A stretch of DNA of 64,000 nucleotides from Azolla caroliniana (Eukaryota; Plantae; Polypodiophyta). The position numbers and the translations under genes were made by a program. Of the stretch, positions 1 to 10,646 are shown in pieces. Each line of letters opens with the position of its first letter. Within the stretch, counting starts at the first letter, position 1. Where the stretch lies: positions 9,796,001-9,860,000 of the forward strand of contig JBHGNT010000001.1 in the NCBI GenBank assembly GCA_043228905.1, given 5' to 3'. The notes under the pieces were generated by a model. That model ran no database searches, was not told where the DNA came from, and was given only the letters and a program-made list of their open reading frames with translations.

Positions 1-999
1 GTAAGACTTCAATGCTTAGGCCTACTTTAATAAACACAGATTGACCCACAAGTTCAAGGGTGTTTTGGTGCATGTTTTCTCCCCCCATTAACCTTTTTAC
101 CATTGTGGAGGGGCATTCTCATGATTTATATAAACTTATGGCCAATTGTGGTATAAAAAAAAAACAAATACCCAAAATGTTGGGGCATTCTCGTGCCAGT
201 CTTCCAAAATCTTGCTCATCTTTAGTACAAAATTTACCACCTCAAAGGGATAATCTTGCAAAAAGAGAAGGTTTAAAGTTAGGGGTGTTTTGGTATGTAA
301 GGCATCTCAAGTGTTTTGGTGATCCCCCTACTCTTTATTTATGAAGGTATTGGAAAAACCGGAGACAATTGCATTTTGTGATCCCACCACAGTATAGAAA
401 GTATTGTCCCCCCCTTCACACACACAGAGTAAGTTTTCTCACAAGAAATGTGGGCCTTTATTCCGTATAATTCAATGGATATTACAATATTACGTGATTG
501 ATGAAACCACGAAAAACATGTACATTATGCAATCCACGAAAGTATAAAAAGCACATCTTGATATGTTCCCACACCTCAATAGAATTATGTATGAAAATAT
601 GGATAGTTAATCGTATTCAACAACAAGATATGATTTTACAATTTATGAAGCTTTAGAAACGAAATAGGAGTACAAATGTACCAAGATCGAGTACCACATG
701 GGAAATGTGTATTTTCTTCCCATACCATGCATCATATGTTTAACATGTGGGCTTTTACAATATCATGATAGGATTACACATGGGGATGCCTAGGGAAATA
801 GGGATATTTTCCCATACCATGTTGGATAGTGTTAAAAGTTAATTCTCATGTTATTTGGCATGATGTCCAAATAGCAAGATTGTAACAAATTCTTGTCCGA
901 TGAATTGGCTCAATATCTATATTTCAATAGGGCAACTACTTATTATGTTTGATAGGCTCTTGTGTAAAATCACACTAAAATTGTTTTGAAATCAAGTAG

Positions 1000-1620
1000 G
1001 TGGGAAGTGAGAATGTTAGCATAGCCGGGCATTCTTTGGGTGCAGCTCTTGCTATGCTTGGAGGACAAACTCTTGCACGAGAAGGCATCCATATTGATAC
1101 TCATCTTTTCAACCCCCCTTTTCCGTCACCACCAATTGAATACATAAAGAATCACCGATCAAAGCTGATTTTAAACATTGTTCGAGTTGTAACTGCTGCA
1201 AGTCTCTCAAGTTTCCTTCTTGACCCGTGTAGTAGAGAAGAAGCTTTGGAATCATTTTTTGCTCTCAAAGACTGGTTCCCACACCTTTATGTAAATGCAC
1301 AAGACCCAATTTGTTCCTCATACATTTCTTTCTTTAGTTGTCATGAATTAATGCAAAAGTTGGGTGTAGGTTTCATATCAAAGTTATCAGCCCCTCTCTC
1401 CTTAAGGGGAGCCCTCCAAAAGTATCTATTAGGTGAATGCAAAGCCTTCCATTTAATACCTTGTGCACATTTTTACAATGTAAAAAAGACGCCTAGAGAG
1501 TTTGTCAAAGCACATGGGCTTCATCAATGGTGGGCACCTACACTCGAGTTTGAATACCAAGAAATCAACCTTTTTTTTGAAGAGAAGTCCAAGTGGTTGT
1601 CAATCAAACATTCAACTTGA
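1000..1620 (+). CDS. Class 3 lipase / alpha-beta hydrolase (At4g10955-like), C-terminal exon or gene fragment
   Basis: GHSLG nucleophile elbow, followed by HLFNPPF, LYVNAQDPIC and AHGLHQWW motifs. Preceded by TAG (possible acceptor). No upstream exon identified. Confidence 0.75.
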   Translation: MGSENVSIAGHSLGAALAMLGGQTLAREGIHIDTHLFNPPFPSPPIEYIKNHRSKLILNIVRVVTAASLSSFLLDPCSREEALESFFALKDWFPHLYVNAQDPICSSYISFFSCHELMQKLGVGFISKLSAPLSLRGALQKYLLGECKAFHLIPCAHFYNVKKTPREFVKAHGLHQWWAPTLEFEYQEINLFFEEKSKWLSIKHST

Positions 1621-3893
1621 TACATGAAGCCCATAACAACATATCGTTCTATCCAAGATCTTGCCTAATACAAGATGCTTATAACATTCTATCCTTTCAT
1701 CTGACACTAGTCATTTTTATTAAAACCATCTACTTAGTCGATGTTGTTATTACTTTGTTTCTTTAGTGAAGAACCCATCTTGGGTCTAAAAATCACAAAC
1801 AGTAAGATCGAATCCGCCATTTCGTGTCACACAAAACCCAATTTCATTCTAATTCACGTTCTATAACTCCAAAACCTCACTTTGGAGCCTCGAGCACATT
1901 TTGCATCTCAACAATATTCTTGGTTATTGTCTTTACAAATGGTGATATATGGTGTATTATGTATATAACATTTTATTTTTAGATCCATATATGTAGTACC
2001 TTGTCATTCTAGAAAAACCATCTATTTCGGCCATTAGCTTCAAAATTTGATGTGTCATCATTTCAGGAATACTTGTCTCATCATTATTCTTGCTTGTGTA
2101 AGATAATGTGAACAATTGTTGTGCATACTAAGATTTCATTTACTAGTTTTTCCGTCAACATAAAATTTAATGCACGAATACTTCCTCTAATGGTCACATT
2201 ATCCATAATGGTTTTCTCTACAAATATTGGTTAAAAACTCAATTTCAATATATTGCCACTAATATGTAACATCCACGTACGATTAAAACCAAAATATCTC
2301 TACAAATATGTACATATGATCTTTATCATCCTTATGGTATGGTATGCAAGGGCTCTTGTTGTATCTCTCAAAATAATATCCATTGCAACCTCCCCGGTAT
2401 ATATCTAATGATTCATTCAATATGGTTTTGTATGTTTGTATGGAAAACATGACAAATACTTCTGTATGGTGACACATTTCATGATGTTGTAAACAACATA
2501 TTTGAAAGATACATTATGTTGAAACCAAAACATGAGATATTTATTCTTCACCAATTGTTAAGGAAGTTAATTGCAAGTTGTTAATGGATCTTGTTAGTTT
2601 TTTATTGTAAATTCATCAACGATATTCTACAAGGTTAAGATTCTTAGTTTTCAAAAAGTTAATTAATCTTATAAATGAAAGAAGTTAAGAAATAAAGCAT
2701 ACATTTAGTACATATAGTAGTAGGGAGTAGGGTAATTATTTTTTCGGTAGTTTCCGTAAAGTAGAATGTAGAGTGGCAATTGGGGATTATATATAATGAG
2801 ATTTACATTTGATCATTTTAAATAATTGGCTAGAAACATCAACTTTCATCTTGGTTGAACCCTACATTATTAAGGAGAAACAAGAAATCAAATTGGAAAT
2901 AGCCTAATCTACCATTAAGTGTAGACAATATAATGTAGTGTGAATTTACATGATGAAAATGCATATGCCATAGTGGGTGAGAGGAACCACATCCTACATT
3001 TCATTTCATAACCTTTAATTTGTGGGCTTCATTGGCACTCTTCAATTCTCAGAGGATTCACGACATGACAAAGCTTGGTAAGGATCTTCTTATTGCATCG
3101 AACTAAGCCGCATATTCCTCTACTTGTACAAGCCCCATCAATTCTGTGAGTTTCATCTTGTGAACATACTCACCATGTAGGATACTCAAATACTTGATAT
3201 GTTAGTTACACCATTCTTGGTCCATGTGTGCAACATTAGTGTCCATATTTTAAGGCTAGGCACATTGAGTATCTAATCGCATTTGCTTTGGTAGTTTTCA
3301 ATTCTTAATGTTGGTTGGAGTCAAGCAAGGTACCTGCACCAAATAGTCAAACACTTCCACACATGTACCCAACTACCCCTCACATTGTGTTTTTGATGTC
3401 TAAAACAGAAAATTAGCGTTTTCTATGTAGCTTCCTATCATAGAGTTAGTGATACCAAGTTCCAACGAATAACCAAGCTTTTCAAGTACTCTCGCTAGTA
3501 GATAAAATAGAACAAAGTTTTAAAGTTTGAGTTACAAAAATTTTGATCTCAAAAATCACCCCCATGGGTGTTGTGAGTGTACAATATAACTTCAATTGTA
3601 AATAGTTTACATGCAACATGATAGTAAGTGAAATTAAAGTGCATATGTGTACGGACAAGGGATGCAAACACACTATGTAGACTAAATTGCATCAACAAAT
3701 GTTGAGGATGCTTTTATCTTAATGTTTACTCCATACAATTGTGACATAATTTAAAGATACAAAACATCTCTTCTCTTTTCCCTTCCATATGGGTCCTAGT
3801 CTTGTCCCATTGGCATCACCCACAACCACTAATGTCTCCCTTGTCGAATGATCATAAACCATTGGGATAATTTCCTTGCAACCATGACTCACA

Positions 3894-4145
3894 TGTTTAT
3901 GGGTGGGGGGTGGAGCCAAGATGGGTTCCAACCCCCTCCCAAGGGGGTTCGAGTGTGAGAGGAGAGAGGGAGAGATGAGATGCACAGAGAGAACAAATGA
4001 GAGAGAGAGAGAGAGAGAGAGAGAATCAAGACAAACACAGTTTGTGGGTAACTTCAATATTCCATATTTTCATGCCCCATGAGTGAGGATTTATATAAGA
4101 TCTTTACAAAAAGCCGAATGGATATAGGTACACCTACTTACCTCA
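3894..4145 (-). repeat. LTR type L, left terminal copy (inverted relative to 10085-10334)
   Basis: Reverse complement of 10085-10334 with few substitutions. TATATAAA and (CT)n on the minus strand. TG...CA ends. Confidence 0.85.
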
Positions 4146-6302
4146 TGGCACGCCCTACGGCCTACGGCCTACCCCTCTTGAGAAGAAGTCTATCTCTCCT
4201 TTTCCCTCTCCATCACTAATCTCTCTGTCTCTTTCATTGCGTGTTTGTGTCTTTGTGTTAAAAAGTGGTGTGTATGGACTCTCTGTTGAGAGCCAATCTG
4301 CGATGGCAATGGAGATTTCTCTTGCTTTTATTTCTAATGTATCTAAGGCCTGATGGACATGGCCTTTCAATCCCCATTTCCCCATTTTGTTACTCTATCT
4401 GCAAAAAACCCTAGCTACCCCAGAGTTCGTCTCTATGTGTTTAGCTCTCTACGTTTCTAGGTGTTTGTCTATGTTGTATGTGTGCATCTTCGGCCTTCTC
4501 TCCGTACTGTGGATCTCCAAGTTAAACATGGAGGCTTTTAAAAGGAAGCTAGACACAGTCATGGGAGTGAATCGCAATGGAGAAGTGAAGGTCGTGAAGA
4601 GGAAGTATTATGTTCTTTTCCAACTCATGAAAAATGGACTTAGGAGCATGTTGGAAGAATATGAGGAAGCAAAAGAGAAAGGGAACAAAACAGAAACGTA
4701 ATCCAAGAGCCGACTGAGGAAGTGTTGGCTGAGAGATGGCCTGGAAAGCAGCTGAGAAGAGTTCAAGCCAACTGAGACAACCAGAGAATTCGGCTGAGAC
4801 AGCCGACCAGATAGGGCTGGCCCTACAGATGGTTCGACGGACGAAGATGATTGGCGTCCGACAGTCAACCGGACACAAATAAACCCAGACCAACTAAGAG
4901 AGAGGGTCAAGATGCGGCCGAGAGCCAAACGTCAGTCCAGACGTGGCCAAGTAGCTGCCAAGAAACGACCGAGAGCCATCTGCGCATCGCTACGAGATAT
5001 GGTCGACTGACGGCTGAGACGTAGCCGAGAAATCGGCTGAGAAGCCGAAGCCGAACCACGACTGCGAGAAGGCCGCACAACGGCGGAGAGTATGGCCGAA
5101 GTCCCGTAAGTGGCCGGAAAGTCACGGCCAAACAGAGAACTGGCCGAGACCGTCGAATAGTAGCGGTCGAACCAACCGAGTGATGGCCAAGCGAGAGACG
5201 TTGCGTGACGACCGAGACAAACCGAGAGTACGGCTGAGAAACGTGACCAAGAGTGTTGGCCCAAGCACGGCGGAGAAAGCGGCCAAGAAGCCGAGCAACG
5301 GCCGAGCGTCAGCTGAGAGCTAAGCGACGACCGTGGACGGCTACTACCGAGAAAGGCGACGGCCAAACAGACGATGGGGGCCATCAAACAAAGAAAGTCG
5401 ACAGACAGGCCACGGACAACCGGCCAGCTGGCTGATGAACAGAAAATCAGGCTGACAACCACCAAAAAGAAGGATTTTGCCAAAAGGAAGTAAAGAATCA
5501 AGAACAAGAAGAGGAAGAAGAAGTGGAGCCATGGAAGCTGCAGTGGTTGCTGTCAGCAGATGAAAACACGAAGACAAACGAAACAGAGAACAACAACACA
5601 CAACAAGAGACGAAGGGAAGGAAAACGAAGATAGAGTATCAGAAAGACGATGAAGAAGAAGAAAGGACCTACATAGAGAGACAAACAGACATTCGATTGA
5701 GAAAGCCCGGATGGAGCAGGAGATGACTGAACCAAGAAAACTAAGGAAGAAAGGAAGAAGAAGAAGACAAAGCATTGTTTCTGTCGCAACAGAGATGGAA
5801 GAGAAGGAGAAGAAAGAAGAGCAAAGAGGAAAGAATGAAGAAACGGAAAACTAAAAAGAAGAAGAGAAAGGGAAGGGCATCAACGAGAATTTCAGAAGTT
5901 TGAGGGCACGATGGAAAATTTCAAAAACCAAAGTGACGAAAGTTAAAAACGAAAAAACATAAGGGTAGCTATTAAAATTTCAAAAATTGAGGCTACGACA
6001 TAGAAGTTCGGAAACAGAATGGCTCAAAACTCACTACCACTCCCAATAATGTAGAAATACATATATATATATACACCCACAATCTTTTTAAACCCTTAAT
6101 GACTTTATCACAATGGACGAGCCGATTGGTGTATGATCCAATCGTGCGTTATGCTGACAGAACGAGAAGGTTCGTGTCAAGCCAGCTCCGATTGAAGTTA
6201 TTGATCGTCAAGAAGTGTTCCGGTCGAGGGATTTCCGACCGTCGAGAGAAGACCGTTGAAGTTTTCGGTCAATAAGTTTTTGGCATGGGCTTTGTGGGAT
6301 CG
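4146..6302 (+). other. Internal segment of the outer element: PBS-like motif, telo-box, short ORF (MEAFKRKL...), then degenerate CCGA-rich and K/E-rich purine-rich sequence
   Basis: TGGCACGCCC at 4146-4155. AAACCCTA at 4406-4413. ORF 4387-4701. No gag or pol motifs. Confidence 0.45.
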
Positions 6303-7110
6303 ACGTTGTTGTAGTGTATTTTGTACACTACGTGAAAAAGTAAAAATAATATAACCGATTTAATTACATATAAATAAATAAAATAAGAATATCAAGATAT
6401 TTATCACGTGCATAGGGCAAAATTTGAACCTTGTACCTCCACATAACCAAACCTCAACTTTACCATTATGCTACCTTATCTTTAGTGTTTTACAAATAGA
6501 TTTAATAACTATAAGTGCTTTATTTGCACCTACCTTTATTAAAAGGTAAATCGTGCATTTTTAGAGTGCGTGAATATTTTATAGAAAAACGCAAGCAACT
6601 AAAAAGTGACTCATGCACATCTAGCGTGCATGAGCACTATATTTAGCAAATAAAAGCAAGGATTAGAAAAGCATCACATGCACATTTAGTGTGCATAAAC
6701 ATATTAGAAAAAAAACATGTAGCTATGCTTAGTCTCTCCCATCACTACATAAGGATGGGGAGCACAATGTAATAGAGGTGTGAAATATTTGGAAAGTGGA
6801 TATTTCCGAAAACACCAACCGATTAATATAATCGTGGGATTCACGAAAATAATATAATCTATACTTGTGGGATTCACAAGTTTCTTATATCTTTCTTTCA
6901 ATCTAAATACATATTCTTATCTAAATATTGATTAATCGAATAAAATACACTCGTGGGATTCACGAAATTTCTATCTCTCTTTCTAATAATCTATTCATTA
7001 CTAGCCTCATCTCATATTCTTCTTTCTCCTAGTCCAAAACCTCGGCGGTTCCCACCCGACTCACGCAACGATCCGGAGCCGAAAGGCACGACACAGTTGG
7101 TGAACCCGAC

Positions 7111-7833
7111 GTGAAACCGGGTGGTAAGGAGATGGAGAATCAACAAGAAGTGATGAATATGATGATGATGATGATTAAGCGGATGCAAGAAGAGCAACAC
7201 ACAATGTCAGAGATGAAATCGGCAGTAGTGCGGCTTGTGCGAAGAAACGGGGAATTCGACGGAAAGGATGTGTCATGCTACCTATGTGACTACAAGGCGG
7301 AGATGATACGATGTGGGATACCGGAAGGATTGCAAGTGACATCCTTCAATCGGGTGGCCACGGATGAGCTACAAGAGAGAATCCACAAGATACGGCAACA
7401 AAACTCGACATGGGGGTCATTTGAAGAAGCTTTACGAGAGGCATATGATTACAAGAGATCGAAGGGACAAGATCGGCAAAAATTCGACGAATGGGTGGCA
7501 TCGGAGAAGACCCACCGAAGTGCAACACAAGCATTCCTAGAGTTCGAGCATCGTCTTGCTCGACTCTCGGAGCGGGAACAACGGTTGGTGGGGGAGGATA
7601 AAGTCCTAATGTTCGTAAAATCGATCGATCGAAAAGAAAGGATGGACATCGGGATCGAACTCGAAGACGATGACGGTACGAATGGTCTTACCGAAGATTG
7701 GGCCGAAGTCCAAAGGGTATGCCGGAGACATGATGAGAGGAAGATGAGAATCTTGTCAACGACATGGCCGATGAAGGATGGTCTATTGAAGACAAACGAT
7801 GGAGCCGATATGAAGGCCGAAAATACAACATGA
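7111..7833 (+). CDS. gag: Gag (capsid-like) of element B
   Basis: Aligns by eye with Gag of D1/D2: GEFDGKDVSCYL vs GRFSGKDATSYL, VLMFVKSID vs VLLFVKSVD, GLTEDW vs GLTADW. Confidence 0.8.
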   Translation: MKPGGKEMENQQEVMNMMMMMIKRMQEEQHTMSEMKSAVVRLVRRNGEFDGKDVSCYLCDYKAEMIRCGIPEGLQVTSFNRVATDELQERIHKIRQQNSTWGSFEEALREAYDYKRSKGQDRQKFDEWVASEKTHRSATQAFLEFEHRLARLSEREQRLVGEDKVLMFVKSIDRKERMDIGIELEDDDGTNGLTEDWAEVQRVCRRHDERKMRILSTTWPMKDGLLKTNDGADMKAENTT

Positions 7834-7870
7834 TGGTGCGACGGAAGAGGGTGTAAAACAAGCTACCCTC

Positions 7871-9190
7871 TTGTCTTGCGAAAGAACAACGACAAAGGAT
7901 AAGGCCGATAACCCAAGTGTAGAAGAAGATTTCAGAATACAAGTGTCCGAAACATCGGGTGAAAAAGGGGTAAGCATAATTGATGCAGTGAAAGAGAGCA
8001 AGGAGGACTTGATTGAGGAGGTCACCACGAAAGATGCCATCGAATCGAAGGTGGCTATGGACGAATCAACGACGGATGGCCATATCAAGACTTCCCCACC
8101 ACTGATTTCAGAGACTCCGACGGTTGCGTTTGAAAGGCAACGTGAGACCGAAGAGACGAAAGGTGGCAGAGAGAAAACAAAGGTCGAAGCCGATGTGTAT
8201 GACGGAGAGATAGCCGAGAATATGGCTATGGGTGAAACAACGGAGGATGATAATACCGAGGATTCCTGCCCACTAATCCTAGAGACTTCGGCGGTTGTGT
8301 CTGAGAAGCAACGTGAGACCGGAGAGACGGGAGGTGGCGGCAAGAAAGGTAAAGTCGGAAGCCAGTTAGGATGGAAGGTGATCCGGACGGGATTCCGATC
8401 CGAAAGAAAGCCGAACCGGGTAAAAGAGGATTCGACAGAAAGTCGACCCGAAAGAAAGCCGAACCGAAAGGAAGAGAATTCGGCCGAAAGACGACACAAA
8501 CGAAAGCTGAATCGGGCGAATGAGGATTTGGCCAAAAGACGACCCGAAAGAAAGCCGACCCGAAAAGGGGTCGACTTGGTCAAAACCGATCGACCGAGTC
8601 TGACTTGGCCGAACGCAAATATGGATGGAAGCCGACCTAGCCGAAAGCCGATCGGACGAGACCGATCCGGAAAGAAGCTAATCCGACTCAATCGGAGGTT
8701 GGACCGGTCGAGGCTGGTGAAAACGAGGAAAAGAAAGCCAACTGAAACCGAAATCGATAGATCGAAACCGAGCCGGAAGGAGACCAACTCAATCAAAACC
8801 GAACAACCGATTCCGATTCGGCCGAATACGAATCCGATCGGAAGCCGATCAAACCGAAAGTTGATCGGACGAGAGCGATCCGGAAAAAAGTCAAGGTTGA
8901 TGAAGACAAGAAAGAGGCCAGTAAAAGACACTACCACGAATGACAAGGGCCAAGAATATGACAAGAGAGAACAAAGAATATGGTGGATCAGATGGCGACA
9001 ATGGTTCGGGTGGAAAGAATGGGTCTACTCAAAATGGAGAGACAAAGTTGACATAGCGGGACAAACAGAGGATGAAGGGGAGACAACGAGCATCGGCAAC
9101 TTCGGCACATACCGGAGGATGTGCGGGTTCGGAGGGGGCGAGTGTCGTAGTGTATTTCGTACACTACGTGAAAAAGTAAAAATAATATAA
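7871..9190 (+). CDS. Low-complexity acidic then basic ORF of element B, function unknown
   Basis: 439-aa open frame with an internal duplication (PLISETPTVAFERQRETEET / PLILETSAVVSEKQRETGET) and RPERKP-type repeats. Non-ATG start. Confidence 0.35.
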   Translation: MSCERTTTKDKADNPSVEEDFRIQVSETSGEKGVSIIDAVKESKEDLIEEVTTKDAIESKVAMDESTTDGHIKTSPPLISETPTVAFERQRETEETKGGREKTKVEADVYDGEIAENMAMGETTEDDNTEDSCPLILETSAVVSEKQRETGETGGGGKKGKVGSQLGWKVIRTGFRSERKPNRVKEDSTESRPERKPNRKEENSAERRHKRKLNRANEDLAKRRPERKPTRKGVDLVKTDRPSLTWPNANMDGSRPSRKPIGRDRSGKKLIRLNRRLDRSRLVKTRKRKPTETEIDRSKPSRKETNSIKTEQPIPIRPNTNPIGSRSNRKLIGRERSGKKSRLMKTRKRPVKDTTTNDKGQEYDKREQRIWWIRWRQWFGWKEWVYSKWRDKVDIAGQTEDEGETTSIGNFGTYRRMCGFGGGECRSVFRTLREKVKII

Positions 9191-9998
9191 CCGATTTAAT
9201 TACATATAAATAAATAAAATAAGAATATCAAGATATTTATCACCAATAAATAAAATAAGAATATCAAGATATTTATCACGTGCATAGGGCAAAATTTGAA
9301 CCTTGTACCTCCACATAACCAAACCTCAACTTTACCATTATGCTACCTTATCTTTAGTGTTTTACAAATAGATTTAATAACTATAAGTGCTTTATTTGCA
9401 CCTACCTTTATTAAAAGGTAAATCGTGCATTTTTAGAGTGCGTGAATATTTTATAGAAAAACGCAAGCAACTAAAAAGTGACTCATGCACATCTAGCGTG
9501 CATGAGCACTATATTTAGCAAATAAAAGCAAGGATTAGAAAAGCATCACATGCACATTTAGTGTGCATAAACATATTAGAAAAAAAACATGTAGCTATGC
9601 TTAGTCTCTCCCATCACTACATAAGGATGGGGAGCACAATGTAATAGAGGTGTGAAATATTTGGAAAGTGGATATTTCCGAAAACACCAACCGATTAATA
9701 TAATCGTGGGATTCACGAAAATAATATAATCTATACTTGTGGGATTCACAAGTTTCTTATATCTTTCTTTCAATCTAAATACATATTCTTATCTAAATAT
9801 TGATTAATCGAATAAAATACACTCGTGGGATTCACGAAATTTCTATCTCTCTTTCTAATAATCTATTCATTACTAGCCTCATCTCATATTCTTCTTTCTC
9901 CTAGTCCAAAACCTCGGCGGTTCCCACCCGACTCACGCAACGATCCGGAGCCGAAAGGCACGACAACGTGCAAAGCACTGTCCCACGGGCGTGCCAGG

Positions 9999-10334
9999 TG
10001 TTACCCGTATAGGTATACGGGAGGGTTAAGTGTAATGTGAAAGGTGTAATGTGGAATATGAAATGTGAATGTGTGAGTGTTAGGTGAGGTAAGTAGGTGT
10101 ACCTACGTCCATTCGGCTTTTTGTAAAGATCTTATATAAATCCTCACTCATGGGGCATGAAAATATGGAATATTGAAGTTACCCACAAACTGTGTCTGTC
10201 TTGATTCTCTCTCTCTCTCTCTCTCTCTCATTCGTTCTCTTTGTGCATCTCATCTCTCCCTCTCTCCTCTCACACTCGAACCCCCTTGGGAGGGGGGTGG
10301 AACCCATCTTGGCTCCACCCCCCACCCATAAACC
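9999..10334 (+). repeat. LTR type L acting as 5' LTR of the plus-strand Tat-like gag unit (E1)
   Basis: TGTTACCCGT start, TATATAAA, (CT)n. Followed by CAATT and PBS TGGCACGCCCGG (10340-10351), then gag. Confidence 0.75.
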
Positions 10335-10646
10335 CAATTTGGCACGCCCGGTTACAGCTTTGAGTGCACAACGAACTTCGTTGAAGGTAACCACCAGCCG
10401 CCGTTACGGCGCCCTCTCGCACCACGAGGTCTCGGCCACCTGCCCGACGCCCTGAGCCAGTCGAAGGAACTTCCAGCTCGGCGGTCACTGACCAATCCTT
10501 TCCCGATCAATCCTCGCCACCGGACACTCGATCGCGAGTTGATTCACCACCAGAACCCCCGTCGAGCCCTCCGGAGGTCAACCAACCGGAACTAAACCCT
10601 TTTCTGGTGCTACCAGAAGACCCACAGTACGACATCATGCCGTACA

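Larger units (their letters stand above)
6307..9965 (+). mobile_element. Non-autonomous gag-only LTR retrotransposon (element B), tRNA-Trp PBS
   Basis: LTRs at 6307-7093 and 9143-9965, near-identical apart from a 36-bp duplication in the 3' copy. PBS TGGTGAACCCGACGTGAA after the 5' LTR. PPT GGAGGGGGCGAG at 9131-9142. ACGT TSD at 6303-6306 and 9966-9969. No RT or INT. Confidence 0.92.

Noticed and set aside
1640-3888. Possible ancient TE remnants here and at about 40082-42200 and 58100-59200
   Set aside because: The texture suggests decayed coding DNA, but no diagnostic motif could be identified without a search.
5431-5460. Additional hammerheads at other CTGATGA occurrences (also near 11600 and 55697)
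   Set aside because: No convincing stem II-GAAA-stem III-stem I arrangement.
3894-10334. DIRS-type element suggested by the inverted terminal repeats
   Set aside because: No tyrosine recombinase or RT between the repeats. The repeats look like ordinary LTRs with a PBS, and the TSD pairs with 40077 instead.
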